Source: Azolla caroliniana (Eukaryota > Plantae > Polypodiophyta). Taken from it: a stretch of DNA of 64,000 bases. Shown in pieces: positions 63,240-64,000 of this stretch. The notes under the pieces were generated by a model, which saw only the letters and a program-made list of their open reading frames with translations, searched no databases and was not told the origin of the DNA. Made by a program: the position numbers and the translations under genes. The stretch spans positions 1,736,001 to 1,800,000 of the forward strand of contig JBHGNT010000021.1 of NCBI GenBank assembly GCA_043228905.1, read 5' to 3'. Position 1 is the stretch's first letter; each line of letters begins with the position of its first letter.

Positions 63240-64000
63240 CCAACATTCCATTATGAGTTTACTAGCAAATGTTGGCTTGGTTTGCTTAGATTTTCTAAGA
63301 ATTTTTCTTCAATCCTACACTTGGATCCATTACCACGTCTTATAAGAGTGGTAGGTTCATTTTCTCATCCATTTCAACTTGGATTGTCCTGATCATGATC
63401 ATCTATATTAGCATTTGCCTATTTGTGGTGCCATGACCCTATTTCATCAAATACCACATCTCCTCTTGTGTGTACCTTCTTTGTAATCAATTTGTGGCAT
63501 TTGTAGCCCTTCTTCTCTTCAAATCTCTCAAACTATACACTTTTCTCTACCTTTGGCACCATATTGCTTCTAACATCTTCTAGATATATTTGTGTGTACC
63601 TTCTTTGTAATCAATTTGTGGCATTTCTAGCCCTTCTTCTCCTCAAATCTCTCAAACAATACACTTTTCTCTACCTTTGGCACCATATTGCTTCTAACAT
63701 CTTCTAGATATATTTGTGTGTGCCTTCTTTGTAATCAATTTGTGGCATTTGTAGCCCTTCTTCTCTTCAAATCTCTCAAACAATACACTTTTCTCTACCT
63801 TTGGCTCCATATCGCTTCTAACATCTTCTAGAACATAAACTTTCAAATGCAAAAGGTTTCGCTTCTTTTGGAAATATTCGTTGACTTTCACTTAGTTGCC
63901 ATTGTGCACCTATTCATAACATGCACCATTTTCATTTGCCTCTTTTGCATAGTAGTTATTGGACATGAGCATTATCTTTTCTTGCAAAATGACCTGAATT
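63240..64000 (-). mobile_element. Decayed Ty1/copia pol fragment (post-integrase SH3-like region) containing a ~124-bp tandem triplication (63466-63833)
   Basis: ORF 63694-63891 reads VYVLEDVRSDMEPKVEKSVLFERFEEKKGYKCHKLITKKAHTNISR (cf. copia yv.vp...r.KldpKaekcifiGYs...KGYkcynp.tkkv.iSR). Unit starts are at ~63466, ~63590 and ~63714. Confidence 0.75.

Noticed and set aside
61100-63240. Possible LTR or other retroelement pieces upstream of TRA1 (ADML.KP-like motif ~61255; GC-rich 63000-63230 with a reverse TATA)
   Set aside because: The sequence is too degenerate to delimit or classify without a repeat library.

Overview
This is a 64-kb window of AT-rich eukaryotic land-plant nuclear DNA with spliceosomal introns, microsatellites and decayed retroelements. 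A fern or other non-seed plant origin is my impression only. Seven protein-coding genes can be reconstructed by hand: the last three exons of an F-box/ApaG gene (SKIP16-like, +), a ubiquilin/DSK2 gene (+, 7 exons), a stellacyanin-type phytocyanin (-, 2 exons), a plastid-targeted DUF179/AlgH-like gene (-, 2 exons), an intronless 73-aa Cys/His protein ending in a CaaX box (+), a glycine-rich plastid membrane protein (+, 3 exons), and a ~20-kb TRA1/TRRAP PIKK pseudokinase gene (-, about 36 coding exons). Intergenic DNA and large introns hold degenerate LINE, Ty1/copia and probable Ty3/gypsy fragments plus many short tandem duplications. I found no prokaryotic-type system, CRISPR array, rRNA or tRNA gene. 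The most notable observations are a 43-bp array that multiplies the phytocyanin splice acceptor into out-of-frame decoys, a U12-type first intron in TRA1, and the uncharacterised prenylation-signal mini-protein. Homology calls come from recalled motifs, not from database searches.
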